IMG/VR virus record: IMGVR_UViG_3300037400_001971
Direction: 5' to 3' (one strand)
Length of the DNA: 22,329 nt
From: an uncultured virus (IMG/VR IMGVR_UViG_3300037400_001971)
Taxonomy: Duplodnaviria > Heunggongvirae > Uroviricota > Caudoviricetes
Shown here: piece after piece, positions 15,401 to 22,329 of the stretch
Layout: each line of letters begins with the position of its first letter
Numbering within the stretch: position 1 is the first letter of the stretch
The notes under the pieces: generated by a model
Seen by the model: only the letters and a program-made list of their open reading frames with translations
Databases searched by the model: none
What the model was told of the DNA's origin: nothing
Position numbers and translations under genes: made by a program

Positions 15401-18400
15401 CCCACAGGTTACGGAACGTCGCGCCTCCGTCGCCAGCGGTTGTCGGAGAACTCCAGTTTGCCTGGAATTTCACGTTATCCGTAATGCGCATCAATGACGG
15501 GAAGTCAGCATCTGCAAGCTGTGACTTTGCCACGATGTTGTAGGTAGCACTCGCAGCTGAACCGTTGCTGACAGAGTATGTGCCAGGCTCACTCCATGAC
15601 GAACCCTGGTTCAGGTAGGTGGCAAGAGATTGAAATGCGGAAAGGTATGTGTTTAGCGGAGAGAACAGGGATACGTCGATCAGCTTGTGCGTGGTGTCGT
15701 CAGTGGCGAGATCAGCCATTTCCTCACGCTGTCTGTATGCCGATTCGAACTCTCTCTTCAAGTCAGGGAGTTCAGTTACCGACAGCATACCGTCTGAGGC
15801 GATGTCATCAATGGCCGACAAGGCCTCGTCAGCCGAAGCCTGCGCTTTCTCCGTCTTCAACTTGCCAGCCTTTGTGAGCAGGCGAAGCAGGGTATTGAGC
15901 GAGCTGTAGTAATTGCTCCAGCATGTTCTATATCCAGATGCTGTCTGGCTGTGCGTCGAAAGCTTCGTGTCTTTCGTAAAGCCGTCAGTACTGTCGCTGC
16001 CAAGGTACAGAGGCAACGGCTTGCTTCCGGCGTTATAATCGTAGTTCCACGACGTGCCGCCGTTAAGGAATGTTCCCAATGCTTTCACATAGCCGACAAA
16101 GCCATTCTTCGCATTTCCAAGAGAGGTACGCAGCGTACCCTCGTCGCCAGTTGTTCCGAGCCAGTCGCAATGATCGATAGCCTGTGCCACATACTGCTCG
16201 TATGCGCTCACAACGTCCAGCCATTCGAGCATCAGGCTGCTCTTCTCGGTTCCTGCGCTGATGATCCCGTCATCAGCGAGATCGTCAACGGTGGCCTGTG
16301 CTGTGTCTGCCCTGTCCTTTGCGTCTTCTGAGAGAGCCGTAAGGATTGCCGTGCGCTTGGCGTAGAAATCAGTCCACAAAGCCCTCCACGTGTCACCTGA
16401 GATATCCTCTGTCATGTTCATCCTCGAAGAGTGGAGCCAAAGAGGGAGATAGTCATCTATGCTGGTGGTCGGATAGGTCCTGTCCGTCCAGTTTCCGTTA
16501 CTTCCGTTGAGGTATGTAGCCAGAGCCACAAAGGCGTTCGTATACGGTGTCACGTAGCTTGCCCCGATGGTCGCATTGATATATTGGCCGTTTGCATCCT
16601 TGCATCTGTCAAGGATGCCGCCCTGTGCGTCGCGTTCACGCCATGCGGCGAGGAACTCACGCTTTACCGTCAGTTTCTCGCTTGGGTCGAGCTTTCCGTC
16701 ATTACCCATGTCGCCTATTTTGTCAAGGGCTTCGGTAGCGTCTGCCTGTGCGGCCTCAGTCTTCAACCGTGCGGCGACCTCTATGGCCTTATACAGGACA
16801 GACCTGGAATCAAAGTAGCCCTTCCACGTGTTCCTGTACTCGGACGGCTTCGGGCGCGTGTCCGTAGAATCCGTCGAAGACTCCGGCTTAAGCTCCGTAT
16901 CCACGTTAAGAGATGCGAGCCATGCAGGCACTGCGTTTCCTGAGTATATGCTGTTGATGTTGGTTAAACTGCCATTGTTCAACATTATGGCGAGGGTCTG
17001 GTAGCTACTTACATAACTATTGTATGGGGTATTGGTGTCATCATCATCGTCAAGGTCATAATCCTGCGCCTGTTCGATGAGCTTCAAGTACTCTGCCACC
17101 GTGTCCTGCCACTGGGTAAGGAGCACGCTCTTCTCGGTTCCTGCGCTGATGATCCCGTCATCAGCGAGGTTCAAGACCTTCTCCTTTGCCTCGTTGGCGG
17201 TGTTCACGGCATCGTCTGCAGCTTCCAATGCCGCTATGACATCGACATCGGTAATCTCCAGCCAGAGGAACTGACCTAAAACCTCATCGTATATCCACTG
17301 CCATGCACGGCCACCTGTCCGCGTTGTATTGTTCCTGCGTAGGTAGTAGATGTCTTCAAGGTGAAGCGTCTGCTGGTCTGTATTCCCTGCTAGAACGTCG
17401 GCATCATGCCAGTCCTTTGCGGGCTGGTTGTATTCGTCGAGGTGTCCGCTTGTCGGATACGGAATGTCATCGTCGCCGTACCATATCACCAACTGTCTAT
17501 CTGCCTGCTGTGCAACGCTTGTCATGCTGGCACGGAGAGCGTCCAGCTGTCCCTGCAGGTCATCACCCGCAAGGCTTATGAACTTACCCTTCAGCTTGTT
17601 TCTCTTCGGTGACAGATAGATAAGCGCATTATTGTAATCGTCGAGATTCGGGGCCGAGTTGCCGATGGACTTGAAGCCTTGATAGATGGCAAAGAAGCCG
17701 CCGTTAGCACCAGAGCCTCCGAAGACGGTTGCACCCTGTCTCTCTTCCACAGAGACGTTACCGAGTTGAACCACCACGTCACCCTCTTTAGGTGCAGAAC
17801 TGTACGAGCCGTAGTTGACCGTGATATACGCAAGGTCTGTCTCAACAGTGGAGGTCTCGCCAGTCTCTTCGTCCACAATGGTCTCAGTCTTTATTCCAGA
17901 GCCTACGACCTGTCGCCAGAAGTACCTGCTGATGCCTCCGCTCAAATCCTCATTGAAGGTCATCATAAGGGCGAAGTCACCTACTTGGAAGAGATTGTAG
18001 ATGGTCTGGCCGTTACCGTCCCTTCTTCTGAAATACAGATTCCATGCGCCACCATCCAATACCTCGTAACTGTCAACAATGAGGTTGGCCTTTGTGACCA
18101 CCATCATGCCGCCAGTGTGCCGGATATGGTTCACGTCTATCTCATTCAAGTGCGTGGCCCCGAGGACTGTTAGAGAGCCTATGGTGGCGTTAGAATCGCC
18201 GTTATGGTCTATGAAGATACCCTGTCCGTTGGTGCCAAGGATAAGTTCTTTGAGAATGGTCAGAGTGTCTTTAACCACATTGCCGCTACCCATCATCCTT
18301 GCCAGAATGGGAATGGCCAGTTCGCTGATACCTCCATCCCTTCCGGAAGTGGGGTCATCCTGCTTGGTCGTTCCACTGCCGCTTGTGCTGATAGTCTCTA

Positions 18401-19952
18401 TCTTGTCGGAAAGACGGCTTATCAGTCCCTTGCTGCTATTGTAGTCGCCAACGGTATATTGCACCTCACCAGAAATGAGGTCTTTTCTGATATTGGTGAC
18501 GGTACCGCCACTGCCTGCTATGCCTCCGAGTTGAGGCCCTTCGCCATAGGTGACATAGGTCTGGCTGCTTTTATCTCGCGTCTCAATGGCGATGGCAGCA
18601 TTCGCGGCTTCCTGCAGTTCAGCCTTTGCAGTGGCTTCGTATGCTGAATCCACTTCCACATTGATGAGCGTCACCTTGTTATTCGCAAGGCTCATGGAAC
18701 CGCCGTAGGGACGTATGCCGCTTTCGTATGTGGACGGCAGAATCATGTTGCCCTCAACCTTGAAGATGATTCTGAACTCACCGTGTATGGGCTGATAGCC
18801 ACTGGGATTTACATCGAAGTCATCCAGTTCCAACTCCGGGTTTGCAGAACTGAAATACACCAGTTCGTACTCACGCCCTACGAGCGGCTGCGGGAGTGCG
18901 TTGTCATCATAGTTGGGCTGGAAGAGCATCGCAAGCGGCATATTCTGAATCTGCAAATTCGTATCGAAGATATACGGCACAAGTTCAGAGCCGTTCCAAC
19001 GGGCCAACTTGAAGTACCACTTCGAGTACTGTTTGTAGGTATGTTCCTCCTCGCCTGTCTCTGGATTGAGAAATGTAGTATCGATGATTTTCTTCCCGTT
19101 CTCATCCTGTAGGTAGCAACGTCTTTCGTGAACGTCATACATCCACAACTCCATCTTCGGATAGATGTCATCGAAAACGAGGTCTTTCATTATCTTTGGC
19201 AGCGTACTGCCTGCAGGTCTCGTATCGATGATGTTGCCACCGAGCCTCTGGGTAACCTGCACGTTCTGTCCGCTGATGGTCTTTTTGCTCATGTTCTTCG
19301 TACCGCCGAGGATACGGAAGACATTGTACTGGATGCCTCCATCGGTGGCAGAGACAAGGCTACCTATGTTCTCGGTGCCGTTCTCTGCCGTCTGGTTGGT
19401 TCCGAAGTCTGGTGAAGATGCAGCGGCATAGCTGCCGAACTTGATGGTGTGAGTACTCCAAATGAAATAGTAGTCAACACCGAAGGCATCCGCGATGGCA
19501 GCAGCCGCCGACTTGATCGTTGCGCCATCGAAGTTCACGGACTTGATGATGCTGTCCGACAGGCCGGACGTGTCTGCCGTCCACTGGCCAAGGTCTCCAT
19601 GGTCAGTAAGACACTTCGCAAGGGCGTTTGCAACGGTATAGATATTGCCCGTGTACGGATAGGTGGCCAGAATGATTTCACTCTGCTCACCTACGGCACG
19701 TGTCTTGAAATAGAACGGCAGATAGTTCGTCTGGGCCAGTTTGTGAAGGAAGCGGGGCGTATAGCGGTACTCGTATGCAGATACCTGATTCGGGTAGTAC
19801 TTCGAGAACAGAATGTAGTCTGAATCAATGGGGCAGACGGTACCGACATCCAAAGGGGTGTTGACGGTATCGTTCCATTCCAACTGGACGTTACCGCCGT
19901 CAACGAAATTCTCTTCCTTGATTTTCGATATATATGCTTCTGGGAATGCCAT
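12447..19952 (-). CDS. Large tail hub / central spike-fibre protein (2501 aa)
   Basis: Follows the TMP and Dit-like genes. The N-terminal hub-like region contains GGTKNM and VFDDIYPK. It also has PKEGDVVVQLGN...RQGA, seven helical modules, PPAPYDIGDLW, beta-helix-like repeats (ADQINF, ASQLNF, AEQINF), ITANSGKIGG..WTI and a terminal LTFQGGILI, all typical of siphovirus tail-tip proteins. Confidence 0.85.
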   Translation of the reverse strand: MAFPEAYISKIKEENFVDGGNVQLEWNDTVNTPLDVGTVCPIDSDYILFSKYYPNQVSAYEYRYTPRFLHKLAQTNYLPFYFKTRAVGEQSEIILATYPYTGNIYTVANALAKCLTDHGDLGQWTADTSGLSDSIIKSVNFDGATIKSAAAAIADAFGVDYYFIWSTHTIKFGSYAAASSPDFGTNQTAENGTENIGSLVSATDGGIQYNVFRILGGTKNMSKKTISGQNVQVTQRLGGNIIDTRPAGSTLPKIMKDLVFDDIYPKMELWMYDVHERRCYLQDENGKKIIDTTFLNPETGEEEHTYKQYSKWYFKLARWNGSELVPYIFDTNLQIQNMPLAMLFQPNYDDNALPQPLVGREYELVYFSSANPELELDDFDVNPSGYQPIHGEFRIIFKVEGNMILPSTYESGIRPYGGSMSLANNKVTLINVEVDSAYEATAKAELQEAANAAIAIETRDKSSQTYVTYGEGPQLGGIAGSGGTVTNIRKDLISGEVQYTVGDYNSSKGLISRLSDKIETISTSGSGTTKQDDPTSGRDGGISELAIPILARMMGSGNVVKDTLTILKELILGTNGQGIFIDHNGDSNATIGSLTVLGATHLNEIDVNHIRHTGGMMVVTKANLIVDSYEVLDGGAWNLYFRRRDGNGQTIYNLFQVGDFALMMTFNEDLSGGISRYFWRQVVGSGIKTETIVDEETGETSTVETDLAYITVNYGSYSSAPKEGDVVVQLGNVSVEERQGATVFGGSGANGGFFAIYQGFKSIGNSAPNLDDYNNALIYLSPKRNKLKGKFISLAGDDLQGQLDALRASMTSVAQQADRQLVIWYGDDDIPYPTSGHLDEYNQPAKDWHDADVLAGNTDQQTLHLEDIYYLRRNNTTRTGGRAWQWIYDEVLGQFLWLEITDVDVIAALEAADDAVNTANEAKEKVLNLADDGIISAGTEKSVLLTQWQDTVAEYLKLIEQAQDYDLDDDDDTNTPYNSYVSSYQTLAIMLNNGSLTNINSIYSGNAVPAWLASLNVDTELKPESSTDSTDTRPKPSEYRNTWKGYFDSRSVLYKAIEVAARLKTEAAQADATEALDKIGDMGNDGKLDPSEKLTVKREFLAAWRERDAQGGILDRCKDANGQYINATIGASYVTPYTNAFVALATYLNGSNGNWTDRTYPTTSIDDYLPLWLHSSRMNMTEDISGDTWRALWTDFYAKRTAILTALSEDAKDRADTAQATVDDLADDGIISAGTEKSSLMLEWLDVVSAYEQYVAQAIDHCDWLGTTGDEGTLRTSLGNAKNGFVGYVKALGTFLNGGTSWNYDYNAGSKPLPLYLGSDSTDGFTKDTKLSTHSQTASGYRTCWSNYYSSLNTLLRLLTKAGKLKTEKAQASADEALSAIDDIASDGMLSVTELPDLKREFESAYRQREEMADLATDDTTHKLIDVSLFSPLNTYLSAFQSLATYLNQGSSWSEPGTYSVSNGSAASATYNIVAKSQLADADFPSLMRITDNVKFQANWSSPTTAGDGGATFRNLWAECERKKVALANAMATLTKGTADEANDRIDDIVSDGIISAGSEKSLLYVDWLKAVAEYKKYIEQAEDYFGANNSQDDALVTAYTNLAKMLNNGTNPTANILNGTDRPSWLTAANMNVDTVLADTPTQTPANYHAVWNAYMTALTALLKLITKAAKDLADAAQEDATNALDKIGDMGNDGKLDPSEKITVKREFIAAYHEMMDDGTGGSASGILDMAKDSQNNWIITYATWIAPYIAAYRAIGTYLNGGTSWTEPALSSFSDNALPSWIQDDNMGNTQTIAGGTWRGLWADFYAKRTAVLTALTDKAQNTADTANNRLDDIADDGKLDPSEKITVKREFLAAWNEKDKSGGILSKCYDANNNPIINASAYITPYVNAFVALGTYLNNGIIWTAGSSVQNDIYRATDGNLPSWIQNANMDDTQTITGTAWRAKWSDFYSARTAVLTALSEAAQQTANQKKRVFQTNANELPPAPYDIGDLWMNVIWYTETVVDGDTKRTYTWNGDQLICKTARTTNASRSINDWEDAASGTNARLENLGDSIEAEVLDRKNGTSSLLKLDPTSGNLSVSTYNAATNTWSTLVSISAFLEKNGNDFTGKLSLNANNVVIDASCIDFKGKTISLTAQEGLTVSGGKLTFASGSTVDMSAATVNIGADQINFSGKNIDLSSSTVNLNSTNLTLWARFIDFTYETPVFTGANLDFTVANSLNINASQLNFNGQTVVISANQTLTFASGTMQSGQNKGRIDFTAVAINMNAEQINFKTGSFVINNGTTDTFKISSTGEVTVNGNITANSGKIGGPSGWTIAAKRISSGTFGSEESMFLATEDMSGTIAGQSSTWRFTIGSKFGVKKDGSAILSNAEITGSFSSEGGLIAMKSYGNFIGGVFSPVNSLIRLKDTATYNSGNSNTPTTIIIETYSPTHDMASVVQCSQVDGNNAILKGYGISSKNGFYYNAGGGVTDTYGHTGAVVVGGTTLTFQGGILINVS
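14030..17200 (-). repeat. Seven tandem ~150-aa modules inside the tail protein
   Basis: Module heads, N to C: DDGIISAGTEK (~17160), NDGKLDPSEK (~16700), DDGIISAGTEK (~16270), SDGMLSVTE (~15795), SDGIISAGSEK (~15300), NDGKLDPSEK (~14870), DDGKLDPSEK (~14435). Each module also has LxxxLNxG and W..[FY]Y elements. Confidence 0.9.
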
Positions 19953-19954
19953 AT

Positions 19955-20386
19955 CTATGTTCTGTTGTTAGGGTTGGGTTCTTCAAGTGAAAGCGTGAAC
20001 TTCGCCATCTCCATATTGTAGATGGAGAAAGGCTGGCAGTCCACATATCGGAAATGATAGATGACGTTCGGCTGGTACTTCGTCTTTAAGTGAATCCATC
20101 CAGCATCAAGGATTTCACTACAGAATTTCCCGTACTTCGTGAAGAATGCCTCCTTCGTCTTTGCGACGATGTGCATCGGAAGGGATAGCGTGCGCACATC
20201 CTTGAGGTTCACGTTGCCGACGATGGCCGTACCGTGCATTGCCATGTTCTTGTTCTGAACAGGCTCCTTGTGGGGTGCAGGTGTCATAATCTTGCTTATA
20301 CCCTCATCTTCCAGCGATATGCCGTATTCGTCAAAGGCATCTATCGCCATATTGTTCTTGATGAAATACAAATCTCCGTGTGCCAT
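19955..20386 (-). CDS. Distal tail (Dit)-like protein
   Basis: Sits between the TMP and the hub protein. The ATG at 20386 (MAHGDLYF) is 1 nt after the TMP stop, which avoids the overlap implied by the track's 20476 start. Motifs: IDAFDEYGISL, RTLSLPMHI, FTLSLEEPNPNNR. Confidence 0.75.
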   Translation of the reverse strand: MAHGDLYFIKNNMAIDAFDEYGISLEDEGISKIMTPAPHKEPVQNKNMAMHGTAIVGNVNLKDVRTLSLPMHIVAKTKEAFFTKYGKFCSEILDAGWIHLKTKYQPNVIYHFRYVDCQPFSIYNMEMAKFTLSLEEPNPNNRT

Positions 20387-20387
20387 A

Positions 20388-22329
20388 TCAAACCAAATCT
20401 GAAAGTTTATTGATGATGTTATCGAGCTTTTCTCCGAACTGATTGAGTATATCCTTGTTGGATCGCTTGATGTCAAGCAGATACTCGTTCGTGGTATTCA
20501 GCGTCGAGCGGATTTCCCTTACGGTATCGCCATTGGGCGATGTGATTCCACTCATGGCCTGCAACGTGGCAAGGATTTGGATACGAATCTCATTACCTGC
20601 CAAGGTGGCCATCTGCTGTGCCACGGCGATGCCAAGATATGTCTCAAACTGGTCATAAGTCACCTTATCGGCCATATTCATCGTGGCTTGCTGGTCGGGG
20701 GATGAGTAGGTTCCCATCAACTCCTGAATAACCTGAGCCTCCTTTGCGTAGCCTTCCTTGGCGGCAGATATGGCATTCTGCAACTGGAGCAACAAATCGG
20801 CCCTTTCCTCTTCGGAATAGTTGCCCTTCATAATGGCCGCATATTGCTCCTGCCACTCAGCCAGTCGCTTCTCAAATTCATCGCCGAGAACGAACTTATC
20901 AATGAAAGCCTCAGTCAGTAGTTCAGAGATTTCATTCGTAAAGTCCTTTGCGTCCGCTTCCATATCCATGAGCGCAGATAGGAAGTTACTGCGAAGGTCG
21001 GTTAGCGGCGAGTTCATTCTTTCCACGATGTCAGACCAACCCGTGAGGTCGAAAATCCTCTGGGTCATCTGCTGTATCTCATCGGCCTTGAACTTCCACT
21101 CTGCCGCAAGGCGATCGAAGGCCTCTGCCATCTGTTGCTCGTTCATGCCGCTGTTGTAGATGGTATCGTATTTGTCCTGTATGCTCTGAAGCCATGAATC
21201 AAACTGGGCATTCAGCACGAACTTCTCGACCAGTTTCTGAGTAAGCAGTTTCCTTATGTCATTCACGAAGTCCTGCGTTCCAGCCTTCATATCCATCAAA
21301 GCAGATAGGAAATCGTCGTGCATGTCGATTATTGTTTCGTCCAGCTGTCCGAGTGCATCGAGAAGAGGCTTTACTGCCTCTCCGCACAATTTCTGCAGCT
21401 CTATGACCCTCTGCCGTATGCGCTCCATCGCTGCCGTATCTCCAGCTTCGAGTGCGTTGTACCATTCTTCGTTAAGAGCCTCTAACTGCGTACCGAATTT
21501 CTGTTCAATGAGCTTGTCAATCATCTGCTCGGTCATAGTTTTTGTAATGTCCCTTGCAAATTTGTTTGCATCTGCCTCCATATCCATGAGAGAGGAAACA
21601 AACGCCCCTCTAAGGTCACTGAAACCTTCCTTAGCTTCCTCAACAACCTCTTCAATAGTTTCCTCGACCTCCCTAAATATCCCGAAAGCATTCAATATCT
21701 GTTCGGCAATTGGCTGGAGCTCCCCGTATGCCTCTATCATCTTGTCGATAAACGGCGACATAGCAGCAACTGCAGTCTGCCACGTGGCATCAGGTTTCGC
21801 TATAGCATCATCAAAAGCATCTTGCATATCATCGAGCAGCGGCTGAATCATTCTCGCAGCCACCACCTCTTCGATGATTCTCTGTGCCATCGTACGACCG
21901 ACATTCTTTGCCCAATCCTCAGCTGTAGCCTCCATATCCATGAGCGAGGAAACCCACGAAGATACCAAATCCTTGAAGGTGGTGTCCGCGGCAACGTCCT
22001 GTAACATCTTCGCATACTCCTCGGCACTCTCTGCCATAGCCTCCTCACGCTCCCGCAGTTCCTTCGTCAGTTCCTCCATCAGCGCCCTGTCGCCTGCCTC
22101 CAGAGCCTTGACGTATCTCTCCGTCCAGTCGGCCTGATAGACATCGAAGTTGGCGAACTCCTTACCGTTGAGCGTGAACGCCTCACCGAAGACCTTCTTG
22201 TTCACGAGGTCTTTCACCAGCGTCTCGTTCAGCTTCTTGGCGAAGTTCTCAGCACCGTGCTCCATATCGAGGACGGCATCCATGAACGTGTCCTTCAAGT
22301 TACCGAACGAAGACTCTGCCACATAGCCG
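20388..22329 (-). CDS. Tape measure protein, C-terminal portion (5' truncated by the window)
   Basis: The frame is open to the window edge. The sequence is all-helical and A/E/L/M/D-rich with five repeats of [FW]xxxLMDM...F. It lies upstream of the Dit-like and hub genes. Confidence 0.85.
   Translation of the reverse strand, partial: GYVAESSFGNLKDTFMDAVLDMEHGAENFAKKLNETLVKDLVNKKVFGEAFTLNGKEFANFDVYQADWTERYVKALEAGDRALMEELTKELREREEAMAESAEEYAKMLQDVAADTTFKDLVSSWVSSLMDMEATAEDWAKNVGRTMAQRIIEEVVAARMIQPLLDDMQDAFDDAIAKPDATWQTAVAAMSPFIDKMIEAYGELQPIAEQILNAFGIFREVEETIEEVVEEAKEGFSDLRGAFVSSLMDMEADANKFARDITKTMTEQMIDKLIEQKFGTQLEALNEEWYNALEAGDTAAMERIRQRVIELQKLCGEAVKPLLDALGQLDETIIDMHDDFLSALMDMKAGTQDFVNDIRKLLTQKLVEKFVLNAQFDSWLQSIQDKYDTIYNSGMNEQQMAEAFDRLAAEWKFKADEIQQMTQRIFDLTGWSDIVERMNSPLTDLRSNFLSALMDMEADAKDFTNEISELLTEAFIDKFVLGDEFEKRLAEWQEQYAAIMKGNYSEEERADLLLQLQNAISAAKEGYAKEAQVIQELMGTYSSPDQQATMNMADKVTYDQFETYLGIAVAQQMATLAGNEIRIQILATLQAMSGITSPNGDTVREIRSTLNTTNEYLLDIKRSNKDILNQFGEKLDNIINKLSDLV

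Noticed and set aside
17037..17060. (TCA)n-like run
   Set aside because: It is a short poly-Asp coding stretch (DLDDDDDT) with mixed codons, not a contingency repeat.
14853..17168. 42-nt and 48-nt direct repeats as CRISPR repeats, att sites or a second TR/VR pair
   Set aside because: There are only two copies each, in frame within coding modules, with no spacer periodicity and no adenine-specific mismatches.

Overview
This window is the tail-to-lysis segment of a tailed phage or prophage. All credible genes lie on the minus strand. The AT-rich, Shine-Dalgarno-poor start regions and the gene content suggest a Bacteroidota (Prevotella/Bacteroides-like) host, which is inference. In transcription order the genes are: C-terminal part of a tape measure protein, a distal-tail-like protein, a 2501-aa tail hub/spike with seven ~150-aa internal modules, three small tail-associated ORFs, a ~2250-aa multidomain protein, a diversity-generating retroelement (DGR) cassette, a DUF4376-like protein, a membrane protein, a holin-like protein, a GH108 endolysin and a truncated DUF6527-like ORF. 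The main finding is a complete and apparently intact DGR. The template repeat (TR, 3489-3613) and variable repeat (VR, 4455-4579) align without gaps over 125 nt with 16 mismatches, all at TR adenines and all within Asn codons. An Avd-like gene, a reverse transcriptase and a GC-rich hairpin downstream of the VR are also present. DGRs are a known system class. The less ordinary points here are: the TR is in frame inside the RT ORF; the target is a giant protein with LamG-like, CotH-kinase-like and LRR regions ahead of the diversified C-type-lectin-like tip; the RT has FVDD and IGNLTTQ motif variants; and an unannotated 44-aa ORF sits inside the cassette. Family assignments come from motif recognition by eye, not database searches.
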